A stretch of DNA of 64,000 nucleotides from a bacterium (GTDB lineage Bacteria; Bacillota_I; Bacilli_A; RF39; UBA660), in assembly GCA_963645945.1 (NCBI GenBank), contig CAVIUA010000048.1, positions 9,827 through 73,826 of the forward strand, in the 5' to 3' direction. Under the pieces are notes generated by a model. That model was not told where the DNA came from and made no database searches. It saw only the letters and a list, made by a program, of their open reading frames with translations. How positions within the stretch are numbered: position 1 is the first letter of the stretch; each line of letters opens with the position of its first letter. Made by a program: the position numbers and the translations under genes. Shown here piece after piece: positions 32,375 through 41,650 of the stretch.

Positions 32375-32866
32375 TTAATTTTCTTTTTGTTGACTATATA
32401 AGTCTAAGCAGATAGATAAGTCTCTTGCGATACCCATCATACCACCAGCAAGCATAGTAAGTAATCCTTCTCTTGAAGGTATAGTAGCATATTCAGCTAA
32501 TTTTGCTTGATCAGCCTTTTCTCCATCTACAATCCCTACTTTTAAAACTAATGCTGGATGACTTTTAGCAAATTCAGCCAAAGTCTTTATTGGCGCGATT
32601 TGATCTTCACCATATGCAAAAGCACTAGGACCAGTTAATGATTCATTTAAATCAATTCCTAAATCATTGAAAGCACGAGCCATTAGAGTATTTTTATATA
32701 CTTTATAATCTGAATTAGACTCTCTTAACTTAATACGTAATTCCTTAGCTTCACTATCAGTAATACCACGATAATCGAATAAAACTATAGTTTTAGCAGT
32801 TTGAACACGATCTTTAATTTCATCAATAACACCTTGTTTTTGCTTTAAGATTGCTTCACTTGCCAT
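32375..32866 (-). CDS. rplJ: 50S ribosomal protein L10
   Basis: 163 aa, immediately upstream of rplL, with typical L10 sequence. Confidence 0.95.
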   Translation of the reverse strand: MASEAILKQKQGVIDEIKDRVQTAKTIVLFDYRGITDSEAKELRIKLRESNSDYKVYKNTLMARAFNDLGIDLNESLTGPSAFAYGEDQIAPIKTLAEFAKSHPALVLKVGIVDGEKADQAKLAEYATIPSREGLLTMLAGGMMGIARDLSICLDLYSQQKEN

Positions 32867-33010
32867 AAAACACCTCCTTATTTTATTGTAAGGATGCCAT
32901 AAAAAAGTTTCTTAACTATATAGACAGCCAAGAAACTTTTAATACTCTATAAAGTCCTCGGTAGGATTTATTTGTATACCTACTGTCTATGGCACCAACA
33001 AATTGTCTTT
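32867..33010 (-). promoter_or_regulatory. rplJ (L10) leader with attenuator
   Basis: Minus strand contains the hairpin AAGTTTCTT-(16 nt)-AAGAAACTT followed by TTTT. An upstream segment ATAGACAG can pair with CTGTCTAT in that hairpin's loop, giving alternative structures. Position and architecture match the Bacillota L10 leader. Confidence 0.55.
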
Positions 33011-33039
33011 ATTATAACCTATAAAATCCTATTTGTCAA
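33011..33039 (-). promoter_or_regulatory. Sigma-A type promoter for rplJL
   Basis: Minus strand TTGACA - 17 nt - TATAAT. The -35 box overlaps the end of rplA. Confidence 0.6.
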
Positions 33040-33724
33040 AATTATTTTCAACTTTTATTCCAGGACCCATTGTAGAAGCTATAGAAATGTTTTTAACATA
33101 ATCACCTTTTACAGTTGCAGGTCTTAATTTAATTATATGAGTAACAAATGCATCAAGGTTAGCAAGTAAATCTTCATCTGAGAAAGAAACTTTACCAATG
33201 ATACCATGAATGTTACCATAACTATCAGTTCTATATTCAACACGACCAGCTTTTACTTCTTCAATAGCTTTAACTACGTCTAAAGTAACTGTACCAGTTT
33301 TAGGATTTGGCATTAAACCTTTAGGTCCTAAAACCTTACCTAATTTACCTAATAAAGGCATCATATCAGGTGTAGCTATCATAGTATCGAAATCAAACCA
33401 ATTTTCTTTTTCGATTTTTTCAAGCATATCAACATCACCAACATAGTCAGCTCCTGCCTCTTTAGCTTGATTAGCTTTTTCACCTCTTGCAATTACTAAA
33501 ACTTTCTTAGTCTTACCAGTTCCTTTAGGAAGTACTATAGCACCTCTTAATTGTTGATCTGCTTTCTTAGTATCAAGATTTAATCTCATTGCTACTTCAA
33601 CAGAACCATCAAAAGAACTAGTAGAAGTCATTTTTACTAACTTAATAGCTTCTTCTTTTGTATATACTTTATTCTTTTCTATTTTTGAAAGAGCTTCAGT
33701 ATATTTCTTACTTCTTCTTTTCAT
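33029..33724 (-). CDS. rplA: 50S ribosomal protein L1
   Basis: 231 aa with typical L1 sequence and operon position. Confidence 0.95.
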   Translation of the reverse strand: MKRRSKKYTEALSKIEKNKVYTKEEAIKLVKMTSTSSFDGSVEVAMRLNLDTKKADQQLRGAIVLPKGTGKTKKVLVIARGEKANQAKEAGADYVGDVDMLEKIEKENWFDFDTMIATPDMMPLLGKLGKVLGPKGLMPNPKTGTVTLDVVKAIEEVKAGRVEYRTDSYGNIHGIIGKVSFSDEDLLANLDAFVTHIIKLRPATVKGDYVKNISIASTMGPGIKVENNFDK

Positions 33725-33812
33725 TTTCTTTCCTCCTTATGTGGTAAAAGCGGATATTAATTTTAATTTTCCTTCCACATAGGTAAACCCTATATGATCA
33801 ATTACTTAAGAA

Positions 33813-34244
33813 TTACTCTTGACCTTCAACAGCAATTCCCATATTTTTAGCAGTTCCTGCTACGATTTTCATAGCTTCTTCTACAGAATATGCATTTAAA
33901 TCAGGTAATTTGATTTCTGCAATTTCTCTTAATTGAGCTTCTGTAATTGTACCAACAACTTCTTTAGAACCCTTAACGGAACCTTTATTGATTTTTGCAT
34001 ATTTCTTCAATAAGAAACTAGCTGGTGGAGTTTTAATAACAAAATCAAAACTTCTATCATCATATACAGAGATTTCTACTGGTAAGATGTCACCCATTTT
34101 GTCTCTAGTTGCATCATTATATTTAGTACAAAAATCTTGAAGATTGATTCCTGCTGGACCTAAAACAGTTCCTACTGGTGGAGCTGGTGTAGCTTTTCCT
34201 GCTGGAATTTGTAATTTAATTTTCTTTATTGCTTCCTTTGCCAC
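33813..34244 (-). CDS. rplK: 50S ribosomal protein L11
   Basis: Start set to GTG 34244 ([24 protein letters not shown]), with a GGAGG RBS 8 nt upstream. The track start 34253 lies inside the RBS. Confidence 0.95.
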   Translation of the reverse strand: MAKEAIKKIKLQIPAGKATPAPPVGTVLGPAGINLQDFCTKYNDATRDKMGDILPVEISVYDDRSFDFVIKTPPASFLLKKYAKINKGSVKGSKEVVGTITEAQLREIAEIKLPDLNAYSVEEAMKIVAGTAKNMGIAVEGQE

Positions 34245-34374
34245 GAAAAACACCTCCTATAATTTTTCTCACGTGTTACGTGCACTATTACTGATAAATT
34301 CTATTCTCATCCCGCTTCATAAATGAAAACATCACTTATCAATAACATCTATATTAAATAAATATAGCCATTAA

Positions 34375-34403
34375 ATAATATCATAAAGATCTATATATTT
34401 CAA
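34375..34403 (-). promoter_or_regulatory. Sigma-A type promoter upstream of rplKA
   Basis: Minus strand TTGAAA - 17 nt - TATTAT, just after the nusG stop. It leaves a ~125-nt leader before rplK. Confidence 0.5.
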
Positions 34404-34408
34404 GAACT

Positions 34409-34942
34409 TTACGCTTTTTCTATCTGTCCAAGTTCAACTTCAACAGAAGTTTCTTGTCCAAACAAATCAACAAGTAACATAACTTTTTGATTAGGTAAAT
34501 CTACAGAATCAACTTTTCCATACATACCGTTGAATGGTCCAGATATTATCTTAACTTTAGCACCAACAGTAAGTTCTTTATCAACATCAAGTCTACTAAT
34601 ACCCATATTACCTAAAATCTTATCAACTTCAGCTGGTTGTAATGGTGTTGGCTTAGCTCCTTTTCCAGAAGATCCAATGAAACCAGTAACTCCAGGAGTA
34701 TTACGTACAACATACCAAGCCTCATCTGTCATAACCATTTCAACTAAAATGTATCCAGGAAACATTTTCTTAATTTTTTCTTTTGTTACACCATCTTTTA
34801 CTTCAACAACTTTTTCTTCAGGTATAACAACTCTAAATATATAATCTTGCATATCCATTGATTCGGAACGCATTTCTAACTTTTCTTTAACTTTATTCTC
34901 ATGTCCAGAATAAGTATTAACTACATACCATTGTTTTTCCAT
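34409..34942 (-). CDS. nusG: Transcription termination/antitermination protein NusG
   Basis: 177 aa. MEKQWYVVNTYSGHENKV (NGN domain) and a C-terminal KOW domain. Confidence 0.95.
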   Translation of the reverse strand: MEKQWYVVNTYSGHENKVKEKLEMRSESMDMQDYIFRVVIPEEKVVEVKDGVTKEKIKKMFPGYILVEMVMTDEAWYVVRNTPGVTGFIGSSGKGAKPTPLQPAEVDKILGNMGISRLDVDKELTVGAKVKIISGPFNGMYGKVDSVDLPNQKVMLLVDLFGQETSVEVELGQIEKA

Positions 34943-34952
34943 AATTTACCTC

Positions 34953-35234
34953 CTATATTAATGATTGAATTAAAGCAAATATAACTTCAATTAAATAAAA
35001 GAATAAAGAACAAAATATGATGAAAACAATTGTTGCTATGGAATATCTAACCATGTCTTCTTTACTTGGCCAATGAACTTTAGAAATTTCACTTTTTACA
35101 CCATGGCAAAATATTCTAAATCTAACCCAGAGACTTTTTTTACTTTCAGAACTTTTATTACTCTTCTTAGTATCTTTTTTTATTTCCTTTTTATTCTTAT
35201 TCTCAGTAGACTTTTTAGTTTTTTCTGTAGCCAT
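34953..35234 (-). CDS. secE: Preprotein translocase subunit SecE with a Lys-rich N-terminal extension
   Basis: 93 aa. The C-terminal ~55 aa (VKSEISKVHWPSKEDMVRYSIATIVFIIF...) are SecE-like, and the gene sits upstream of nusG. The first ~35 aa are K/S/T-rich low complexity. Confidence 0.7.
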   Translation of the reverse strand: MATEKTKKSTENKNKKEIKKDTKKSNKSSESKKSLWVRFRIFCHGVKSEISKVHWPSKEDMVRYSIATIVFIIFCSLFFYLIEVIFALIQSLI

Positions 35235-35333
35235 ATTTAATCATTCTCCTTAGATTAATTATTCAAAATAAAAACACTTCCAAGTGCTCATCTATAAAAT
35301 AGCATAAACACCAAGAAATGTCAAACAATTTAT

Positions 35334-36074
35334 CTAAAATTGTGTTATTAAAACCAAAATAGCAAAAATAACACCTATCATTGCGACAATAAATGGTACT
35401 ATAAAGAAGCTAACATATGCTGAATTATCATTTCTTCTACCTAGTTGACCATAAATACCATCATTTATTTTTCTATTGGCTGGATCAGGCTTACCTAAAA
35501 GACTATGTCCATTAGATTTAACCAAGGCATTTCCCATACCAAGAGAATTACCATTAGAATAATCTGTTGAAGTACCATTTACTTCTTTTTCTAATTCTTC
35601 TAAATCTCTTCTTCTCTTCTCCATGATATAGTCATTATAATAAACTCCAGCGCCACGTTCAAAAATACCTCTATAATAAGGAACATCACCTTCAGGTAAA
35701 TATATTTCAAACATGTCAAAATTATCTCTCAAAAAAGCTTTATTAATATAAATTTGATCAGGAAAATGACAGTGAATGCCAACACCAATATCACTAAGAT
35801 CAGAAATATTTTCTCTAACAATGTCCCTCTTTTGCATACCATTAGATCCATCAGCAATTGCTAAATTATCAAATTTTATTTGCTGATAAGAACCATTTAA
35901 GATATGAATATTGTTAGGATCAAATGAAGTTATGTAGCAACCCTTTTCATGAATGTATCTCATAGCACTATCCATGCCTAACTTTAATGGCAAGATACTG
36001 TCTTCATCATAATGAAGTTCATACCATTCGCTTAGAGTAATACTATTAGAATCATCAATTCTATTCATACGCAC
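35334..36074 (-). CDS. C-terminally membrane-anchored protein with a kinase C-lobe-like domain that lacks the N-lobe
   Basis: 246 aa. AMRYIHEKGCYITSFDPNNIHI resembles the H-R-D-x-K-x-x-N catalytic loop and IKFDNLAIA the DFG region. There is no Gly-rich loop and no VAIK lysine. One C-terminal TM segment (VSFFIVPFIVAMIGVIFAILVLI). Confidence 0.5.
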   Translation of the reverse strand: MRMNRIDDSNSITLSEWYELHYDEDSILPLKLGMDSAMRYIHEKGCYITSFDPNNIHILNGSYQQIKFDNLAIADGSNGMQKRDIVRENISDLSDIGVGIHCHFPDQIYINKAFLRDNFDMFEIYLPEGDVPYYRGIFERGAGVYYNDYIMEKRRRDLEELEKEVNGTSTDYSNGNSLGMGNALVKSNGHSLLGKPDPANRKINDGIYGQLGRRNDNSAYVSFFIVPFIVAMIGVIFAILVLITQF

Positions 36075-36119
36075 TCACCCTACTATAATTGTAAAGCAAA
36101 ATTTTCAAAAATACAAACA

Positions 36120-36701
36120 TTAATAAACATTTTTAAATCTTTCATGTAAAACTTTTCTTATTTTATAAAGTCTACCATCAACAGTAGTAATAGGTATATC
36201 AAGTAACCTACTAATTTCTTTATAACTAAAACCATTATACCTAAGTTCAAAAATAGAACTATCTCCAATATTAAATAAAGATTTATAATAAATAAACTGT
36301 CTTTCTAACAACTCTTCATCAAAATAATAATCTAAGTTTTTATCATCTTTAATATTACAGTAAAATTCTTCACCTAAAGAAGTATTTAAATAATAATGTT
36401 TATTGCTACTCATCTTTCTACAAAAAGATAAGATTCTTCGCTCAACACAAATACAAGCAAAAGTATAAAATAAAGCTCCAGACTTTTCATCATACTTATC
36501 AATTGCGTCATTCAAAGCAATTAAACCTTCTTGTACTAAATCATCAAAGTCTACTCTTGCCCATTTAGCTGACATAGAATACTTTGATGCTAACTTTTTA
36601 ACTATAGGAATATACTTATTAAACATAATTTTCCTAGCTTCTTCATCATTTTCTTTAACTAAATAAACAACTTCATAATCATTTATTTTTTTATAATCCA
36701 T
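36120..36701 (-). CDS. sigH: Sigma-70 family sigma factor, SigH-like by position and layout
   Basis: 193 aa. Region 2 is DDLVQEGLIALNDAIDKYD and region 4 HTH is SYKEISRLLDIPITTVDGRLYKIRKVL. It lies after rlmB, as sigH does in Bacilli and Clostridia. Confidence 0.7.
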   Translation of the reverse strand: MDYKKINDYEVVYLVKENDEEARKIMFNKYIPIVKKLASKYSMSAKWARVDFDDLVQEGLIALNDAIDKYDEKSGALFYTFACICVERRILSFCRKMSSNKHYYLNTSLGEEFYCNIKDDKNLDYYFDEELLERQFIYYKSLFNIGDSSIFELRYNGFSYKEISRLLDIPITTVDGRLYKIRKVLHERFKNVY

Positions 36702-36708
36702 AAACCCT

Positions 36709-37407
36709 CTACTTTCTATTACGGATTACTTCGTATATCATAATACCAGATGCTACAGATGCATTTAAACTATTTGTAGTTCCATACATTGGTATTTTAG
36801 CAATAAAGTCACAGGCATTTTTAACAAGTTTAGACATACCAGATCCTTCATTACCAATTACTAATGCAATTTTTGATGAATAATCTATACTTCTATAATC
36901 AACACTATCCTCTAAAGCTGTACCAACTATCCAAAAACCATTTTTCTTAAGTTCATCTATTGCCGAAACCAAATTAGTAACAGTAACAATATTAACATTA
37001 TCCAAAGTACCTGCACTAGTTTTCATTACAGTAGAATTAACTTGAGTTTGACGATCCTTTGGCATGATAATAGCATCAACTTTAGCGGCCTCGCAAGTTC
37101 TTATTATAGCTCCAAGATTATGTGGATCTTCTAAATGATCTAATATTACAAAAAAACAAGCATCTTCATTTAATACATCAGATATATCTTTATACTTATA
37201 ATCCGGAATAAATAGTATTATACCTTGATGAACTCCTGATGCCAAATGATCAATTTCTTTTTTTGACTTGTATTGAATAGGTACTTTTCTCTTTTCTATT
37301 AAGGATTTTATTTCTTTATCACTAAAACCGTCTTGTAAAATAATTTTTTGAATTATTTTTCCATTTTCTAATAATTCTTTTGCAACATTTCTACCATAAA
37401 CCAACAT
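36709..37407 (-). CDS. rlmB: 23S rRNA 2'-O-methyltransferase, SpoU/TrmH family (RlmB-like)
   Basis: Start trimmed to ATG 37407, with RBS AGGTGA. LDHLEDPHNLGAIIRT, LVIGNEGSGMS and SLNASVASGIMIYE are the SpoU motifs. Confidence 0.85.
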   Translation of the reverse strand: MLVYGRNVAKELLENGKIIQKIILQDGFSDKEIKSLIEKRKVPIQYKSKKEIDHLASGVHQGIILFIPDYKYKDISDVLNEDACFFVILDHLEDPHNLGAIIRTCEAAKVDAIIMPKDRQTQVNSTVMKTSAGTLDNVNIVTVTNLVSAIDELKKNGFWIVGTALEDSVDYRSIDYSSKIALVIGNEGSGMSKLVKNACDFIAKIPMYGTTNSLNASVASGIMIYEVIRNRK

Positions 37408-37408
37408 A

Positions 37409-37792
37409 TTAATCACCTAAAATAAATTTCATTATCTCATTTATTCTTTCTTTTTTATTTTGAAGTTCTAAATAACCAATGATAGCTTCTAATCCAGTTG
37501 CATACTTATAAGTAATAATATCGCAACTTTTGGGGTGAGAAGTAGTCTTATAATTCCTAGCTCTCTTAAATACACTAATTTCATCTTCATATAAGAAATT
37601 ATCATCAATCATTTTCGTTAAATATTTAGCTTGATTATTAGCACTAACATAAGAAATAGCTTCTTTCTGTAAGTCATTTACATTACCAATACCAGATAAA
37701 ACTAAATGCTTTCTAACATAATTTTCATAAATAGTATCACCTAAATACGCTAAAACCAATACATTAATTTCATTAACATTCATATACTTCAC
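37409..37792 (-). CDS. mrnC: Mini-ribonuclease 3
   Basis: 127 aa. LAYLGDTIYENYVR is an RNase III-like signature. It sits between cysS and rlmB. Confidence 0.8.
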   Translation of the reverse strand: MKYMNVNEINVLVLAYLGDTIYENYVRKHLVLSGIGNVNDLQKEAISYVSANNQAKYLTKMIDDNFLYEDEISVFKRARNYKTTSHPKSCDIITYKYATGLEAIIGYLELQNKKERINEIMKFILGD

Positions 37793-37817
37793 GTCCTCAA
37801 AAACAATTTTATCACAA

Positions 37818-37851
37818 TAATAAAAATCTACACAGAAAAATTGTGTAGATT
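37818..37851 (-). terminator. Intrinsic terminator after cysS
   Basis: Minus strand AATCTACACA-atttttc-TGTGTAGATT followed by TTTATT. Confidence 0.6.
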
Positions 37852-37856
37852 AATTA

Positions 37857-39251
37857 TTAAATTAACTCGTAAGTTGTTCCTTCCCTAGTATCAATTAAAC
37901 GAACACCTTGTTCTAACAATTCATCTCTTATCGCATCAGCCGTAACAAAATCTTTATTTTTCTTTGCTTCATTACGTAACTCTATCTTCTTTAAGATTTC
38001 TTCATCATCAAGTTCACTACTTACTTCATCTACTTTTAATAAGTCAAGAGATAAAACTTCATCAAACTTCTCTATTAATTTTCTCTTAGTACCATCATTA
38101 ACCGAATTATCCTTTAAAATATCGTATACTAAAGTAATCATATTAGAAGTATTTAAATCATCTTCTATATAGTTTTTAAACTTACTTAAATATTCTTCAT
38201 ATTTACTATCATCTACTTCTGAAGAACCTAATTTTGAAATACGTGATTTTAATTTTAAATAGGCTTTCTCTGCACCAGATAATATATCAAAGTCAAATGT
38301 TAATTGATTATGATAATAAGAATTTAAACATAAATAACGATAACTTAAAGGATTATAACCTTTTTCTTCTAATAAAGAAACTGTTAAGAATTCACCAGAT
38401 GATTTACTCATTTTACCATTTTTATTATTTAAAAAACCATAGTGAACCCAGTAATTACACCAAGGATGAAGCCCTAAATAAGCTTCACTTTGAGCAATTT
38501 CATTAGTATGATGTGGAAAAACAGCATCTTCAGCACCACAGTGTATATCTAACTTTTCACCTAAATATTTTATTGAAATACCAGAACATTCTATATGCCA
38601 TCCAGGATAACCTCGTCCCCAAGGAGAATCCCATTGTAACTCTTGATTATTAAATTTTGAATTAGTAAACCATAAACCAAAGTCAAATGGATTACGTTTT
38701 GCTTCATCTACATCTATATCACTTCTAACAGCAACTAATAAGTCATCACTATTACGTCCAGATAACTCATAGTAATTAGAAAATTTAGAAGTATCATAAT
38801 AAACATTACCATTAGAAATATAAGCATAACCAGTTTCTAATAATTTAGTAATTATTTTTATATACATATCAATATTATCTGTAGCATTAGATACTACATC
38901 AGGCTTTCTAATATTTAATTTACAACAGTCATCAAAAAAACAATCAGTATAATACTTGGCAATTTCCAAAGATGATTTATGCTCCCTTTTAGCAGCAACC
39001 AACATCTTGTCTTCACCTGTATCACCATCACCTACTAAATGACCTACATCAGTAATATTCATAACTCTTTCAACATCATAACCAAGAAATTTTAAACTTT
39101 TCTCTAAAATATCCTCAGAAATATATGTACGTAAGTTACCAATATGTGCATAACTATACACAGTAGGACCACAGGTATACATTTTAACCTTTCCTTCTTC
39201 ATTAGGAATAAATTCTTCTACTTTTTTTGACAACGTATTAAATATTTTCAT
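37857..39251 (-). CDS. cysS: Cysteinyl-tRNA synthetase
   Basis: 464 aa. The HIGN motif (YSYAHIGNLR) and KMSKS are both present. Confidence 0.95.
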   Translation of the reverse strand: MKIFNTLSKKVEEFIPNEEGKVKMYTCGPTVYSYAHIGNLRTYISEDILEKSLKFLGYDVERVMNITDVGHLVGDGDTGEDKMLVAAKREHKSSLEIAKYYTDCFFDDCCKLNIRKPDVVSNATDNIDMYIKIITKLLETGYAYISNGNVYYDTSKFSNYYELSGRNSDDLLVAVRSDIDVDEAKRNPFDFGLWFTNSKFNNQELQWDSPWGRGYPGWHIECSGISIKYLGEKLDIHCGAEDAVFPHHTNEIAQSEAYLGLHPWCNYWVHYGFLNNKNGKMSKSSGEFLTVSLLEEKGYNPLSYRYLCLNSYYHNQLTFDFDILSGAEKAYLKLKSRISKLGSSEVDDSKYEEYLSKFKNYIEDDLNTSNMITLVYDILKDNSVNDGTKRKLIEKFDEVLSLDLLKVDEVSSELDDEEILKKIELRNEAKKNKDFVTADAIRDELLEQGVRLIDTREGTTYELI

Positions 39252-39299
39252 TTTTTCACCTCGTAAAGTTAGTATAACATATTATTTATAAGAAATAAA

Positions 39300-41522
39300 C
39301 TAATGTTTAACAGTTAAAGTATCTACATATTTTCTTAATACTTTATCTACATGTCTTGCACCAAATACCTTATAATTACATTCATTTTTAATTTTATTCA
39401 CAAGTTCTGGGGAAAAGTCCTTTTCAAATCCTAAATCATTAGCCCTCTTACAAATAATTTTACCTATAGTATTACTATCAATATCATCAAAATATATAAT
39501 TTTATCAATTCTGTTTACAAATTCAACTCCCAAAAACTCTTTAAACTTTTCATATACCAAACTATTATCTGAAGAAAAACCTATTTTTTTATTAGTAGTG
39601 CCCAAATTAGATGTCATAAAAATAACTACATTACTAAAGTCTATTTGTTCACCATAGGAATTAGTCATACAACCAGTATCAAAAACTTGTAAAAAAAGTC
39701 GTAATACATCTGGATGTGCTTTTTCTATTTCATCAATTAAAAAAACCGAATATGGATTATCTTTAACTTTCTCTAATATACAATTATTATCATTATATCC
39801 AACATAGCCAGCTGGCGCTCCTATTATCTTACTAATAGAATGACCTTCTTTATATTCACTCATATCAAGTCTAATAAAAGCCGTCTTCGAATATAACAAT
39901 CTAGCATACTCTTTTACCAATAATGTCTTTCCAATACCAGTTTTACCAACTAATAATAGTGATACAGGTACATTTTTATTAATTTTACGTGAAAGTGTAA
40001 TCTCTAATATCTCATCAATTGCCTTTTTCTGTCCAAACACAGTTTTATTTAAACTTAAAGTAATACTACTTTTATTATATTTTAAAATTTTATTAACAGG
40101 TATTTTAGTCTTCTCATAAATAACATCGTGTAAAGTCTCTTTATTAATACTTTTTACACTTTTACACTTAGTACTTCTCATAAAGTTTTTATTAATCAGC
40201 GTCTCTAACTCCTCTTGTTCTTCTTTTAATTGTCTAGCTAATTTATAATCATGATCAATAATAGCTTTATTCCTTTTATTTCTAACTTCATTCATTGAAA
40301 TAGTAAGTAATCTATTTTTCTTTTCATAAGTATTATCAATTATAGCTGTCTTACTACAAGCTTCATCTAATATATCAATAGCTTTATCTGGAAATCTACC
40401 TGTTGTAATATATCTATCAGAAAGTTCAACTATTAATTTAATAATCTCATCACTAATTTTTACACCATGATAATTTTCATAAATATCTCTAAGTTGAAAT
40501 AAAATCTTTTCTGTTTCAGAAGCTGTAGGCTCTTCTACATATATTTTCTGAAATCTTCTATCTAAAGCTTTATCTTTTTCTAAATACTTTTTATATTCTG
40601 TCAGAGTTGTTGCTCCTATAATTTTAATTTTTCCACGAGCTAAATATGGTTTTAAGATATTAGAAGCATCAATTGCCCCTTCCGCACCACCGGCACCTAC
40701 TAAAGTATGTATTTCATCAATAAATAAAATTATATTTCTTTCATTTTCTAATTCACTAATTATTTTATTAATTCTTTCTTCAAACTCTCCACGATATTTA
40801 GTTCCAGATATTAAACTAGCCATAGAAACACTAAAAATTTTACTATTTTCTAAGTTTTTAGGAACACTTCCAACTACTATTCTCCTAACTAATTCTTCAA
40901 CTATTGCAGTCTTACCAACACCAGCTTCCCCTATTAATAATGGATTATTTTTTGTACGTCTTAGTAATATTTCTATCATTCTATTTACTTTAACATCTCT
41001 GCCAACAACCGGATCAAAACCTTCTTCTTCACATTTTTTATTTAAATCAATTGCGTACTCTTCTAATAATAAATTTCTTCCCTTTTTACAAGAATGATAC
41101 ACCATCCTATTAGAAAACTTTTCATATAACAAATCAATATCAATATTCATTCCCAATAATATTCTATTCGCAACACCATCACCTTCTTCTAGTAATGAAA
41201 TAAATAATTTATCCACAGTAACTGTGGAATCATCATTCTTACAGTCCAAAATAGTATTCTCAATAATTCGTTTCAATAATGGTGTATATAAAAACCAGTC
41301 ATTATTCTTCTTACCTATTCCTATTACTTTAATTATTTCATCCTTATATTTCTTATAAGTAATTTTATATTCACTCAAAACTTGAGTAATAGCTAAATCA
41401 GTGTTATGTAAAATAGCTAACAATAAATGCTCACTACCAACATAAGGATGTTTCAAATCCATCATTTCTTTTTTTGCCATTAATAATACTTTTTGTGAAT
41501 CTTCATCAAATTTTGAAAACAT
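39300..41522 (-). CDS. clpC: ATP-dependent Clp protease ATP-binding subunit ClpC-like
   Basis: Start trimmed to ATG 41522 (MFSKFDEDSQKVL), with RBS AAGGAG. Clp_N repeats and two AAA+ modules (GEAGVGKTA; GKTGIGKTL). It is shorter than typical ClpC. Confidence 0.85.
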   Translation of the reverse strand: MFSKFDEDSQKVLLMAKKEMMDLKHPYVGSEHLLLAILHNTDLAITQVLSEYKITYKKYKDEIIKVIGIGKKNNDWFLYTPLLKRIIENTILDCKNDDSTVTVDKLFISLLEEGDGVANRILLGMNIDIDLLYEKFSNRMVYHSCKKGRNLLLEEYAIDLNKKCEEEGFDPVVGRDVKVNRMIEILLRRTKNNPLLIGEAGVGKTAIVEELVRRIVVGSVPKNLENSKIFSVSMASLISGTKYRGEFEERINKIISELENERNIILFIDEIHTLVGAGGAEGAIDASNILKPYLARGKIKIIGATTLTEYKKYLEKDKALDRRFQKIYVEEPTASETEKILFQLRDIYENYHGVKISDEIIKLIVELSDRYITTGRFPDKAIDILDEACSKTAIIDNTYEKKNRLLTISMNEVRNKRNKAIIDHDYKLARQLKEEQEELETLINKNFMRSTKCKSVKSINKETLHDVIYEKTKIPVNKILKYNKSSITLSLNKTVFGQKKAIDEILEITLSRKINKNVPVSLLLVGKTGIGKTLLVKEYARLLYSKTAFIRLDMSEYKEGHSISKIIGAPAGYVGYNDNNCILEKVKDNPYSVFLIDEIEKAHPDVLRLFLQVFDTGCMTNSYGEQIDFSNVVIFMTSNLGTTNKKIGFSSDNSLVYEKFKEFLGVEFVNRIDKIIYFDDIDSNTIGKIICKRANDLGFEKDFSPELVNKIKNECNYKVFGARHVDKVLRKYVDTLTVKH

Positions 41523-41607
41523 ACAAATCATCTCCTTAAGATAATTTTATTTCTAGTATGTCCAGAAATGCAATAAATTACATCCACAAAAAAAAGACAA
41601 AAATCGC

Positions 41608-41635
41608 AAAAAAAAGAGGCTCATCAGAACCTCTT
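41608..41635 (-). terminator. Terminator after the YfcC-like gene
   Basis: Minus strand AAGAGG-ttctgatgag-CCTCTT followed by TTTTTT. Confidence 0.45.
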
Positions 41636-41650
41636 TGTTATTACTAAGTA

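Noticed and set aside
31948-32415. 155-aa plus-strand ORF rich in Ala/Ser, opposite rplL
   Set aside because: It is the antisense shadow of the highly conserved L7/L12 gene, whose Ala-rich hinge gives an open antisense frame. It has no RBS and low-complexity composition.
34530-34844. 104-aa plus-strand ORF. Similar antisense ORFs in the track lie at 1598-1783, 2402-2653, 5360-5542, 5575-5772, 13840-14175, 19062-19355, 19433-19621, 20305-20502, 22278-22475, 34144-34326, 38234-38506, 44707-44943, 45937-46122, 46885-47136, 49301-49507, 53348-53533 and 62357-62731
   Set aside because: All lie entirely inside, and antisense to, well-supported conserved genes (nusG, proS, the ABC permease, tuf, fusA, cysS, lysS, dusB, mscL, tilS, spoVT and others). 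They lack RBS and have skewed low-complexity composition.
41523-41650. CtsR operator upstream of clpC
   Set aside because: No tandem GTCAAA heptad repeat is visible on either strand, and ctsR, mcsA and mcsB are absent from the window.
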